Shown here: positions 1-8,400 of the stretch, piece after piece
Layout of the letters: each line of letters opens with the position of its first letter
Numbering within the stretch: position 1 is the first letter of the stretch
Assembly: GCF_965282765.1 (NCBI RefSeq)
Contig: NZ_OZ392461.1
DNA: 24,000 nt
Direction: 5' to 3' (one strand)
The notes under the pieces: model-generated
The model's input: the letters and a program-made list of their open reading frames with translations, nothing else
The model's database searches: none
What the model was told of the DNA's origin: nothing
Made by a program: the position numbers and the translations under genes

Positions 1-221
1 ACAATACGTGCCTGGACGTCGAGGATTTCACGTGGGTCAATGCCGCGCCAGATCCACATCAGACGGTTAATCATGCGATACCAGTGAGGGATGGTTTTAC
101 CATCAAGGGCCGACTGCACAGGCGGTTGTGCGCCGTGATTAAAGCGGCGAACTAGCGTCGAGGTTTCAGGATGTTTAAAGCGGGGTTTGAACAGGGTTTC
201 GCTCAGGTTTGCCTGTGTCAT
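1..221 (-). CDS. frsA: FrsA (fermentation/respiration switch protein, esterase family), 5' part only; the gene runs off the left edge
   Basis: Reverse-strand translation from the ATG at 221..219 reads [75 protein letters not shown] recognise this as the E. coli FrsA N-terminus. Its position downstream of gpt matches K-12 order. It is absent from the ORF track because the window edge truncates it. Confidence 0.88.
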
Positions 222-312
222 GGATGCAGCCTCCAGAATACTTACTGGAAACTATTGTAACCTGCCTGAAGTTAAAAAGAACAACGCCCGGCAGTGCCAG
301 GCGTTGAAAAGA

Positions 313-771
313 TTAGCGACCGGAGATTGGCGGGACGAATACGACGCCCATATCCCACGGTTGTTCGATCCAGGTATCTTGCGGGATATCAACAACATAA
401 TCATCAACCAGCGGACGACCAGCCGGTTTTGCGAAGATGGTGACAAAGTGCGCTTTTGGATACATTTCACGAATCGCAACCGCAGTGCCACCGGTATCCA
501 CCAGGTCATCAATAACGATGAAGCCTTCGCCATCGCCTTCTGCGCGTTTTAGCACTTTAAGCTCGCGCTGGTTGTCGTGATCATAGCTGGAAATACAAAC
601 GGTATCGACATGACGAATACCCAGTTCACGCGCCAGTAACGCACCCGGTACCAGACCGCCACGGCTTACGGCAATAATGCCTTTCCATTGTTCAGAAGGC
701 ATCAGTCGGCTTGCGAGTTTACGTGCATGGATCTGCAACATGTCCCAGGTGACGATGTATTTTTCGCTCAT
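313..771 (-). CDS. gpt: Xanthine-guanine phosphoribosyltransferase
   Basis: 152-aa [26 protein letters not shown]... with the PRPP-binding motif [11 protein letters not shown]. Recognised as E. coli Gpt. The overlapping + strand ORF 187..552 is antisense noise. Confidence 0.97.
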
Positions 772-837
772 GTGAAGTGTCCCAGCCTGTTTATCTACGG
801 CTTAAAAAGTGTTCGAGGGGAAAATAGGTTGCGCGAG

Positions 838-843
838 ATTATA
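838..843 (-). promoter_or_regulatory. Candidate -10 hexamer (TATAAT on the minus strand) upstream of gpt
   Basis: The minus strand reads gatctcTATAATctcgcg about 70 nt upstream of the gpt ATG. The -35 region (TGGTTT with a 17-nt spacer) is poor, so only the -10 is supported. Confidence 0.35.
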
Positions 844-1031
844 GAGATCTGGCGCACTAAAAACCAGTATTTCACATGAGTCCGCGTCTTTTTACGCACT
901 GCCTCTCCCTGACGCGGGATAAAGTGGTATTCTCAAACATATCTCGCAAGCCTGTCTTGTGTTGACAACATTTTCTGCTAACCCTGTGACCTGCAATACT
1001 GTTTTGCGGGTGATCGACAAGGAGACTTAAC

Positions 1032-2489
1032 GTGTCTGAACTGTCTCAATTATCTCCACAGCCGCTGTGGGATATTTTTGCCAAAATCTGTTCTATTCCT
1101 CACCCGTCCTATCATGAAGAGCAACTCGCTGAATACATTGTTGGTTGGGCAAAAGAGAAAGGTTTCCATGTCGAACGCGATCAGGTAGGTAATATCCTGA
1201 TTCGTAAACCTGCTACCGCAGGTATGGAAAATCGTAAACCGGTCGTCTTGCAGGCCCACCTCGATATGGTGCCGCAGAAAAATAACGACACCGTGCATGA
1301 CTTCACTAAAGATCCTATCCAGCCTTATATTGATGGCGAATGGGTTAAAGCGCGCGGCACCACGCTGGGTGCGGATAACGGCATTGGTATGGCGTCTGCG
1401 CTGGCGGTTCTGGCTGACGAAAACGTGGTTCACGGCCCGCTGGAAGTGCTGCTGACCATGACCGAAGAAGCCGGTATGGATGGTGCTTTTGGCTTACAGA
1501 GCAACTGGTTGCAGGCTGATATTCTGATTAACACCGACTCCGAAGAGGAAGGTGAAATCTACATGGGTTGCGCGGGGGGTATCGACTTCACCTCCAACCT
1601 GCATTTAGATCGTGAAGCAGTTCCAGCTGGTTTTGAAACCTTCAAGTTAACCTTAAAAGGTCTAAAAGGCGGTCACTCCGGCGGTGAAATCCACGTTGGC
1701 CTGGGTAATGCCAACAAACTGCTGGTGCGCTTCCTGGCGGGTCATGCAGAAGAGCTGGACCTGCGCCTTATCGATTTCAACGGTGGCACACTGCGTAACG
1801 CCATCCCGCGTGAAGCCTTTGCGACCATTGCTGTCGCAGCTGATAAAGTCGACGCCCTGAAATCTCTGGTGAATACCTATCAGGAAATCCTGAAAAACGA
1901 GCTGGCAGAGAAAGAGAAAAATCTGGCATTGCTGCTGGACTCTGTTGCGAACGATAAAGCTGCCCTGATTGCGAAATCTCGCGATACCTTTATTCGTCTG
2001 CTGAACGCCACCCCGAACGGTGTGATCCGCAATTCCGATGTGGCAAAAGGTGTGGTGGAAACCTCCCTGAACGTCGGTGTGGTGACCATGACTGACAATA
2101 ACGTAGAAATTCACTGCCTGATCCGTTCTCTGATCGACAGCGGTAAAGACTACGTGGTGAGCATGCTGGATTCGCTGGGTAAACTGGCTGGCGCGAAAAC
2201 CGAAGCGAAAGGCGCATATCCTGGCTGGCAGCCGGACGCTAATTCTCCGGTGATGCATCTGGTACGTGAAACTTATCAGCGTCTGTTCAACAAGACGCCG
2301 AACATCCAGATTATCCACGCGGGCCTGGAATGTGGTCTGTTCAAAAAACCGTATCCGGAAATGGACATGGTTTCTATCGGGCCAACCATCACCGGTCCAC
2401 ACTCTCCGGATGAGCAAGTTCACATCGAAAGCGTAGGTCATTACTGGACACTACTGACTGAACTGCTGAAAGAAATTCCGGCGAAGTAA
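1032..2489 (+). CDS. pepD: Aminoacyl-histidine dipeptidase (peptidase D, M20 family)
   Basis: 485-aa ORF with a GTG start (cgtgtctgaa). The sequence MSELSQLSPQPLWDIFAKICSIPHPSYHEEQLAEYIVGWAKEKGF... is recognised as E. coli PepD. It is divergent from gpt, as in K-12. Confidence 0.97.
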   Translation: MSELSQLSPQPLWDIFAKICSIPHPSYHEEQLAEYIVGWAKEKGFHVERDQVGNILIRKPATAGMENRKPVVLQAHLDMVPQKNNDTVHDFTKDPIQPYIDGEWVKARGTTLGADNGIGMASALAVLADENVVHGPLEVLLTMTEEAGMDGAFGLQSNWLQADILINTDSEEEGEIYMGCAGGIDFTSNLHLDREAVPAGFETFKLTLKGLKGGHSGGEIHVGLGNANKLLVRFLAGHAEELDLRLIDFNGGTLRNAIPREAFATIAVAADKVDALKSLVNTYQEILKNELAEKEKNLALLLDSVANDKAALIAKSRDTFIRLLNATPNGVIRNSDVAKGVVETSLNVGVVTMTDNNVEIHCLIRSLIDSGKDYVVSMLDSLGKLAGAKTEAKGAYPGWQPDANSPVMHLVRETYQRLFNKTPNIQIIHAGLECGLFKKPYPEMDMVSIGPTITGPHSPDEQVHIESVGHYWTLLTELLKEIPAK

Positions 2490-2499
2490 TTACAATAAT

Positions 2500-2521
2500 G
2501 TCCACGCCTGCGGGCGTGGAC
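2500..2521 (+). terminator. Hairpin just after the pepD stop (probable pepD terminator, weak U-tract)
   Basis: Perfect 9-bp inverted repeat gtccacgcc / ggcgtggac with loop tgcg, followed by tactgttt. The T-tract is weak, so termination efficiency is uncertain. Confidence 0.5.
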
Positions 2522-2536
2522 TACTGTTTGAAGCCA

Positions 2537-2779
2537 ATGGCTATCTATATCGAAATAACAAAACATTATGAAACTCATGAAAAGGTCGCATATTTATATA
2601 GCTGCGACCATATTTCATGGGGAGAATTTCTGATCACCAAAGAAGGTTTTGCGCTGGAATCCGTGAAAGAACTTAAGGGTGAAAAGCAGAAATTTTATAT
2701 GTTCAGAGCCTGGGGCAAAGTCAGGAGAGCATACTTAACCACGGGAGAATTTCCCCAGGAAACATGTTACGCCGCTTAA
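2537..2779 (+). CDS. Hypothetical small protein (80 aa from ATG 2537; the track ORF starts at 2498)
   Basis: Open frame MAIYIEITKHYETHEKVAYLYSCDHISWGEFLITKEGFALESVKELKGEKQKFYMFRAWGKVRRAYLTTGEFPQETCYAA. The 2498 start lies inside the pepD terminator hairpin, so the internal ATG is preferred. No convincing SD and no family recognised. By my recollection of K-12 order, nothing like it lies between pepD and prfH there. Confidence 0.4.
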   Translation: MAIYIEITKHYETHEKVAYLYSCDHISWGEFLITKEGFALESVKELKGEKQKFYMFRAWGKVRRAYLTTGEFPQETCYAA

Positions 2780-2795
2780 AGTCAGAATAATTTTT

Positions 2796-3305
2796 TCATG
2801 CATTTACCATTTTGGCATTACGCCTGCACCACATGGCAATGGCGGCAACCACTAATGCCAGTTCCAGTAAAAACGACCAGTGTAATAAAAAATTGAGCCA
2901 CCACGGATGATGTACCGCCGTAATATGAAAGAATGCAAACGGTTGGTTAACGAAAGGCATCAGCCACCAGATATCACCGACCAGCGTATCGAGTAATAAA
3001 TGCGCGATACTATTCAGGCAAAACACCACGCCCAGCCACGCCGGAAGTTTATTCTTCGCAATTCCTGCCCAGACTAATGTCGCCGCCAGCAGAGCAAACC
3101 ATAATAATGGCCAATGAGACGGGTAAAGATGATGATGTCGTTGCCCGTTATCAACCAGATAGCACCAAAAAAGATCAAAATCGGGCGCAACGGCCCCAAG
3201 TAAGCCAATAACCATCGCCCAGCGCGCATGACGAGCAATCAGTGGCAAGCGTTTCATTAAAGTACAAGTTATTAAATAACCAGCCGGAAGATGACCGATA
3301 AACAT
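2796..3305 (-). CDS. Membrane-bound metal-dependent hydrolase, DUF457 / YdjM-YbcI-like (169 aa from the internal ATG)
   Basis: Multi-pass hydrophobic protein with the family pattern as I remember it: N-terminal MFIGHLPAGY, then APDFD, HHHLYPSHW and IAHLLLD. The start at 3305 has an AAGGA 7 nt upstream. The track start at 3359 has GAGGA directly abutting the ATG, and the extension runs through a GC hairpin. Family assignment is from memory of YdjM motifs, not a search. Confidence 0.65.
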   Translation of the reverse strand: MFIGHLPAGYLITCTLMKRLPLIARHARWAMVIGLLGAVAPDFDLFWCYLVDNGQRHHHLYPSHWPLLWFALLAATLVWAGIAKNKLPAWLGVVFCLNSIAHLLLDTLVGDIWWLMPFVNQPFAFFHITAVHHPWWLNFLLHWSFLLELALVVAAIAMWCRRNAKMVNA

Positions 3306-3366
3306 GACTATTCCTTTCGTTTTTCCCGCCGCTTTCATATAGAAAACGGCGGGAGACATTCCTCAA

Positions 3367-3981
3367 TTACACAGCGACAAAAGCCATCCCTGTAAACGTT
3401 CGTCGCGGGTTGCCACGTTCAATCTGGTGATGGAACATTCGCCGCTGCGATTTCAGCGCCGCGCTATTTTCCTGTTGCTGTTGCTCCAGCTTCCAGGCAA
3501 TCAGCAATCGCGCCAGCCGTTTGTTGGCATGTTGGCTGCGCTCTGACTGAACCTTCACGCTAATCCCGGATGCCAGATGCGTGGCGCGTACCGCCGAGTC
3601 GGTTTTATTGACATGTTGACCGCCCGGCCCCGACGAACGCAGCGTCTCATAACGGATTGCATCCGATTGTTCCTGCTCATCAGCAGTAAAACGCCCAATG
3701 CCCAGAAACCAGTTTTTGCGCCCATGATGAGGCCGATACGGACTCGGACAAATCCACTGGATAGTGCCGCACCAACTTTCGCTTAATGCCCATGCGTTAT
3801 CGCCATCCAGAGAAATCAGCGCTGAACGCAACGTGTCAGAGTAGCGACCCGTTTCTGTTTCCAGCACCGTTATCGCGACGTCTTGTCGGGTAGCTTCTTT
3901 AATCAACCTGTCCAGCGCCTTTTTCACTGCGAGGCAACATTCTTCCGGCCCCTGCGCTGAGGAGAGTTGTAGCAAGATCAT
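3367..3981 (-). CDS. prfH: PrfH, peptide chain release factor homologue (GGQ domain, no codon-recognition domain), full length 204 aa
   Basis: [26 protein letters not shown]... contains [17 protein letters not shown] (GGQ motif). The ATG at 3981..3979 overlaps the rtcB stop in an ATGA arrangement. The track ORF (232 aa from 4065) is an in-frame upstream extension inside rtcB. Confidence 0.9.
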   Translation of the reverse strand: MILLQLSSAQGPEECCLAVKKALDRLIKEATRQDVAITVLETETGRYSDTLRSALISLDGDNAWALSESWCGTIQWICPSPYRPHHGRKNWFLGIGRFTADEQEQSDAIRYETLRSSGPGGQHVNKTDSAVRATHLASGISVKVQSERSQHANKRLARLLIAWKLEQQQQENSAALKSQRRMFHHQIERGNPRRTFTGMAFVAV

Positions 3982-5129
3982 CCTTTTTTCCCTCCACTGT
4001 TTTTGAGCGTTAGCACCGGACGCAGCCGCGCGACAGGAATAATTAAACCGGCTTGCACCAGACATTGCACCACGCTTTCAGCCGATTTATAGGCTTGTGG
4101 CGCTTCTTCAAAGATGAGTTGTTTATCGCGACAAATTACCCGACTGCCAAGTTCAGTACGCGAGAGTTGCGTCGCCGTGCATTTCGCTGCCAGACGCCCT
4201 TTACACTCGGTGCGCCCCCATTTACGCCCTGCCCCATGCGCCAGCGAGTGGAGCGTTTTTTCGTTCGCAACAGGCTGTACAAGCCAGGAGTAATCACCGC
4301 GTGAACCGGGAATAATCACCAGACCGTTGTCATCCGGCGTGGCACCTTTACGATGCAACCAACCCTGTTGATCGCCGATTTGGCACGCGCTAACAAAGTT
4401 ATGCGCCACATCCAGAACCGGACTTCCGGTGGCCTTAACTTGTTGCATTATGCGCAAAGCAATCATCTGGCGATTAATACGCGCAAACGCTAGCACATCG
4501 TCATGTTCCGCAATATACCGTAGCGCGTCGTCACTGCCTTCAGGCAAACCATGATGCGAAAACGAGGCAATATGCCGCTGTAAAATAGACTGCCCCAACC
4601 CCCTCGAGCCGCTATGAACCAGCAGTTGCAGATGCTGCGCATCCAGACCTGCCAGTGCAAACAGTTCAGCGTCGATGATTTCATCAACTTGTTGCAGTTC
4701 TGCGAAGTGGTTTCCGCCACCGATAGAGCCAAGCGAGCTGCGCCACGGATGCTGTGCAAATGCTGACGGCAGGTTTTCCTCCAGCCAGCTTTCTTCAGCA
4801 ACGTCATCCAAAGCTGATAATCGCTTTTCAAACTTATCGGCGTTGTATTTGCGAGCGAGAATATCTGTTTGCCATAGCGCCATGCCGCAGCCGATATCAT
4901 TGCCGACCAGTGCCGGGTAAAAACGGCCTGCGGAGAAGAACGCTGCGCCAATCGGGTAGCCGCGTCCGGGATGTAAATCTGGCATCCCTACTACGCGCTG
5001 CATGTTGGGTAAATTTGCCGTGGTGTGTAATTGTTGGATCGCTAAACTCTCGATCCACAGGTCATCAGATGCGATGGTAAATACCGCATCGGATAAGGGA
5101 CGAATATATTTGCCCATAAACCATTCCAT
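3978..5129 (-). CDS. rtcB2: RtcB-family 3'-phosphate RNA ligase (RtcB2 paralogue paired with prfH)
   Basis: 383-aa ORF with RtcB signature motifs [23 protein letters not shown] and [10 protein letters not shown] (the catalytic His motif). An alternative start is ATG 5117 ([10 protein letters not shown]...), 4 codons in. Either is possible. Confidence 0.9.
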   Translation of the reverse strand: MEWFMGKYIRPLSDAVFTIASDDLWIESLAIQQLHTTANLPNMQRVVGMPDLHPGRGYPIGAAFFSAGRFYPALVGNDIGCGMALWQTDILARKYNADKFEKRLSALDDVAEESWLEENLPSAFAQHPWRSSLGSIGGGNHFAELQQVDEIIDAELFALAGLDAQHLQLLVHSGSRGLGQSILQRHIASFSHHGLPEGSDDALRYIAEHDDVLAFARINRQMIALRIMQQVKATGSPVLDVAHNFVSACQIGDQQGWLHRKGATPDDNGLVIIPGSRGDYSWLVQPVANEKTLHSLAHGAGRKWGRTECKGRLAAKCTATQLSRTELGSRVICRDKQLIFEEAPQAYKSAESVVQCLVQAGLIIPVARLRPVLTLKNSGGKKG

Positions 5130-5182
5130 TTATGAATAAAAATCAGGAAATGGCAGACGAATCCAGGGCAAGAAAAAAAGAA

Positions 5183-5230
5183 TTAATCCTGGAAAGGTCT
5201 GCAAAGAGTCATTGATAAAGGATTTGTCAT
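5183..5230 (-). CDS. Candidate 15-codon leader ORF (MTNPLSMTLCRPFQD) upstream of rtcB2
   Basis: The minus strand reads AAGGAGGT-aaatc-ATG aca aat cct tta tca atg act ctt tgc aga cct ttc cag gat TAA. This is a consensus SD (5236..5243) with 5-nt spacing. It lies between the candidate promoter and rtcB2. It is too short for the ORF track and there is no evidence of translation. Confidence 0.3.
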   Translation of the reverse strand: MTNPLSMTLCRPFQD

Positions 5231-5271
5231 GATTTACCTCCTTGCAGTTTGTGGAATAAGAAAACGCGCAC

Positions 5272-5300
5272 ATACTAGGCGGGCGTTATTTTCATTGCAA
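5272..5300 (-). promoter_or_regulatory. Candidate sigma70 promoter for the rtcB2-prfH leader
   Basis: The minus strand has TTGCAA (5300..5295), a 17-nt spacer, then TAGTAT (5277..5272). It sits immediately downstream of the yafP stop and about 40 nt upstream of the leader ORF SD. Confidence 0.35.
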
Positions 5301-5307
5301 GCTGGAT

Positions 5308-5760
5308 TTAATGTTGCGGTTTATATCGCATATAAAAATTAGTAAACCACGCTCCCCGGCATTCAACGCACTGCTGCTTAACTGTCTGAAAACCATAACG
5401 TTCAAAAAAGGGCTTTGCGGTTATGCTGGCGTCCACCGTAAGTTCGGATTCAGACTTAATCAAAGGTTTTAACAAAGCGCTGGCAACCCCACGGCGGGTG
5501 TATTCAGGGTCAACAAATAACATATCGATATAATGTTCAATGCGGGAAATAAAACCAACCGGTTGTGCATTAATGACTGCAACCCGCACTTGTGATTTCG
5601 CGAGTTTATCTTTCCAGCGAGATTCGTCAATCTGCGCCCAGGCGGCAATTTGCTGTGGAGAATAGTGCTGACTGGCAGTCATCGTAACCGCTCGAAGGAA
5701 AATAGCGCATAGTTGCTGAAAATCGCCAGGCTGATAGTTTCTTATATGTATGTTATTCAT
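5308..5760 (-). CDS. yafP: GNAT-family N-acetyltransferase YafP
   Basis: 150-aa ORF MNNIHIRNYQPGDFQQLCAIFLRAV... recognised as E. coli YafP, the last gene of the dinB-yafNOP operon. Confidence 0.93.
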   Translation of the reverse strand: MNNIHIRNYQPGDFQQLCAIFLRAVTMTASQHYSPQQIAAWAQIDESRWKDKLAKSQVRVAVINAQPVGFISRIEHYIDMLFVDPEYTRRGVASALLKPLIKSESELTVDASITAKPFFERYGFQTVKQQCVECRGAWFTNFYMRYKPQH

Positions 5761-5769
5761 AATATAAAT

Positions 5770-6168
5770 TCAAAAACGCATGCGAAACGCTTCTGCCATT
5801 TTCCCAATTTTATGCATTTGGTTGTTATCTCGAGCCAGTTTATGAGGTTCAGGTTTCAGAATGGCAATGAGCAACCATGCTTGCTCATCAAACGCACCCT
5901 GACAATATACCAAATGCGCTTCGTCATTCGTTCTGCTGAATTGGCGCAACTGTGGCGGAAATGGATTATTCTAATTTGCCAGATGAATATGAGCAACTCG
6001 CTCAAATTTGATTAATGGCCAGGTAAACGAGTCGTCGTAGAGTGCATCGCGACCAAATATATCTGGCAAAACACCGTCACGCTTATAGGAAATAAAATCC
6101 GCCGTTAACGCTTCAAGTTCCTCTGCTGTAAGTTGCAGGCGAATGAGTTTTGTTTTGAATACCCGCAT
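5770..6168 (-). pseudogene. yafO: yafO (ribosome-dependent mRNA interferase toxin) interrupted by an in-frame amber codon at codon 66
   Basis: The track ORF 5971..6168 gives MRVFKTKLIRLQLTAEELEALTADFISYKRDGVLPDIFGRDALYDDSFTWPLIKFERVAHIHLAN, then TAG (5973..5971). The same frame continues NNPFPPQLRQFSRTNDEAHLVYCQGAFDEQAWLLIAILKPEPHKLARDNNQMHKIGKMAEAFRMRF to a TGA at 5772..5770. That totals 133 codons, the K-12 YafO length. Confidence 0.85.
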
Positions 6169-6170
6169 CC

Positions 6171-6464
6171 TTATTCCTTAAAGTCATTGAAATCATCATC
6201 CGTCATATCATTAAGATATTTTTCAGCTCGGCGTGTAATTTCCTCTAATCTTGCAGCACTTGGACGGAAGCGCGCCTTTATAGGCTTTTTCTCCTCTTGT
6301 TCAGCAAGCATGTCCATTAACGCTTCGAATGCGCTGGCACTTAAGAGATATCCTGCGGGGCGATTATTAGAAAGAACCGCAACTGGTTGATCAATAAAGT
6401 ATTTAGCTGGGTTTTTACGTAACTCAGTGATATTGACCGATTTTTCCGCAAGAATTCGATGCAT
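6171..6464 (-). CDS. yafN: YafN antitoxin (Phd/YefM-type) of the YafNO module
   Basis: 97-aa ORF MHRILAEKSVNITELRKNPAKYFIDQPVAVLSNNRPAGYLLSASAFEALMDML... recognised as YafN. Its stop lies 2 nt from the yafO ATG (TAAggATG). Confidence 0.93.
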   Translation of the reverse strand: MHRILAEKSVNITELRKNPAKYFIDQPVAVLSNNRPAGYLLSASAFEALMDMLAEQEEKKPIKARFRPSAARLEEITRRAEKYLNDMTDDDFNDFKE

Positions 6465-6515
6465 ACAGTGATCCCCTCATAATAATGCACACCAGAATAG
6501 ACATAATAGTATACA

Positions 6516-7571
6516 TCATAATCCCAGCACCAGTTGTCTTTCCATTTGAGGGTCAAGCAACGTCACATGCAGCCCCACCAGTCGCACACCGCGCCCGCCG
6601 CGGCGTTCATCCCAGGTTTTACGCGCGGTGGCGATTAGATCAGCTTTATTCAGCCGTGGCCAGACGTGCTCCTGAGTGGTTTGCTGGAAATCGTCGAACT
6701 TTAATTTCACTCCCTGACGGGCAATCAGTAAATCAGGTTTTACCTTTGCCAGACGGCGTTCAAGTTCCGGGTACAGCCGCTCGATAATCGCTTCACATTC
6801 AGACCAGTGATGAATATCTTCCGCCATCGTGCGTTCCACGCCGACGGATTTTCGCAACCGTTCGCTGTTAACGTCGCGCTCGTCAATCCCCTGACTACGC
6901 TCCCACAAAATGCGGCCAAATTTGCCAAAACGTTTGAGCAGAGTCACCAGATCACACTTTTGCACATCACCGCAGGTCCGCAGCCCCATCGCTTCCAGTT
7001 TTGCCGCCGAGACTTTGCCGACGCCAGGAATTTTTGCCAGCGGTAAGGTTTGCAGAAATGCCGGAACTTCTGCCGGAGTAATCACAAACTGACCGTTGGG
7101 TTTATTCATGTCGGAAGCGATTTTAGCGAGAAACTTTACCGGCGCAACGCCCGCAGACGCCGTCAGTTGCAGCTCGTTGAAGATTGTCTGGCGGATTTCC
7201 TGGGCGATGAGGGTCGCAGAACCGTGGCAATGCACACTATCGGTGACGTCGAGATAGGCTTCATCCAGTGATAACGGTTCAATGCGCGAGGTATAGCGCG
7301 AGAAAATTTCGCGGATATGATTTGAGGCTTCTTTGTAGGCGTCAAAGCGCCCTGGAAGCAGCGTGAGATGTGGGCAAAATTTGAGCGCCATCCCTGTCGG
7401 CATAGCGCTACGTACGCCAAATTTACGCGCGGGATAATTGGCGGTGCTGATCACCCCCCGACGTTCGCGGCTGCCGCCAATAGCAATAGGGATATCGCGC
7501 AGGGCAGGATTGTCGCGCATCTCCACCGCTGCGAAAAAGCAGTCCATATCCACATGAATGATTTTACGCAT
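6516..7571 (-). CDS. dinB: DNA polymerase IV (Y-family translesion polymerase)
   Basis: 351-aa [36 protein letters not shown]... recognised as E. coli DinB. Confidence 0.97.
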   Translation of the reverse strand: MRKIIHVDMDCFFAAVEMRDNPALRDIPIAIGGSRERRGVISTANYPARKFGVRSAMPTGMALKFCPHLTLLPGRFDAYKEASNHIREIFSRYTSRIEPLSLDEAYLDVTDSVHCHGSATLIAQEIRQTIFNELQLTASAGVAPVKFLAKIASDMNKPNGQFVITPAEVPAFLQTLPLAKIPGVGKVSAAKLEAMGLRTCGDVQKCDLVTLLKRFGKFGRILWERSQGIDERDVNSERLRKSVGVERTMAEDIHHWSECEAIIERLYPELERRLAKVKPDLLIARQGVKLKFDDFQQTTQEHVWPRLNKADLIATARKTWDERRGGRGVRLVGLHVTLLDPQMERQLVLGL

Positions 7572-7585
7572 TGCTCACCTCTCAA

Positions 7586-7605
7586 CACTGGTAAAGTATA
7601 CAGTG
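7586..7605 (-). promoter_or_regulatory. LexA (SOS) box of the dinB promoter
   Basis: cACTGgtaaagtataCAGTg fits CTG-N10-CAG with an AT-rich centre. It lies 15 nt upstream of the dinB ATG and matches the known dinB SOS box. Confidence 0.85.
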
Positions 7606-7641
7606 ATTTCAGAGTTTGAGAAATGCATAAAGATTCAGCAT

Positions 7642-8400
7642 TTAACGCGTTCGCTGCGAAAGCACCTGCTGCTTATCCAGCTTTTGCACCAGCGGTTGCA
7701 CCACTTTATCCCCATGCTGACCAAAGTATTGATACAGCGTATCGGACGCACTTTTGGTCAGCACCATAATCTCAATGCGCCGGTTGCCCGCGCTTTGCGG
7801 ATTTTTGGCATCCAGCAGCATCTGGTCCGCCATTGCACTTACCTGCATCACTTTATCTTCCGGCATTCCGGCCTCTTCCAGCACCCGACGAGCTGAAAGC
7901 GCGCGATCGCCCGAAAGGTTCCAGTTGTTGTAGATATTGTTTTTGTAGGCCATCGCATCGGTATGCCCGGTGATGATGATCTTATTGTCGAGCGAATCAA
8001 AAACCGGTGCTAACTCCACCAGCAAAGTTTTAAAGAACGGCATAATCTGCGCGCTGCCGCGTTCAAACATATTGCGGTTCTGGTCATCTTTAATCAGCAC
8101 GCGCAGTCCCTGGGGAACAATCTCCATCTCCAGATTCGCTTCCATATGCGCATCACGGGCAATGGTGTTGATACTGGTTGCCAGCTCGCCAAGCTCAGTA
8201 GCGGATTTCTTCTTCAGCAGCGCCGTTTTCTCGTTGACGTCATGCGCTTTTTTCTCCGTCTCTTCCGGCACCGCCACGGTGGCAGGTTTTGGCGGATGAG
8301 ACGGTCTGATTTTATTTAACGGCGACAGCCCGCCACCGTTAAAAATCGACTGCCCGTGCAGCGCGGCGATAATGCTTTCACGCTCGGATTTACTGACGCT
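7642..8400 (-). pseudogene. lafU: lafU (mbhA) remnant: MotB-like lateral-flagellar stator protein lacking its N-terminal TM region
   Basis: The C-terminal part shows MotB/OmpA-like motifs (ITGHTDAMAY...NNWNLSGDRALSARRVL...GNRRIEIMVL). The track ORF 7642..8532 continues across the deletion junction into antisense lfhA sequence. The upper boundary is approximate (+/- 15 bp). Confidence 0.8.

Noticed and set aside
961-1000. TTGACA at 962..967 as the pepD -35 element
   Set aside because: The hexamer 17 nt downstream is tgtgac, and the better caatac/aatact lies too far away (about a 26-nt spacer). I cannot support a specific promoter call.
1662-2441. Long antisense ORFs inside well-supported genes (1662..2441 in pepD, 4490..4951 in rtcB2, 8471..9064 and 9641..10135 in lfhA, 16103..16600, 17180..17671 and 17751..18248 in fadE)
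   Set aside because: They lie opposite recognisable conserved proteins. Their composition is Arg/His/Gln-rich and low-complexity, as is typical of antisense frames in GC-rich coding DNA, and they have no start-site signals.
5130-5307. Searched for a LexA box (CTG-N10-CAG) or a sigma54 promoter (TGGCAC-N5-TTGCA, as for rtcBA in K-12) upstream of rtcB2
   Set aside because: No CTG-N10-CAG spacing is present. The TTGCA at 5295..5300 has no GG element at the required -24 distance. Only a sigma70-like arrangement is supported.
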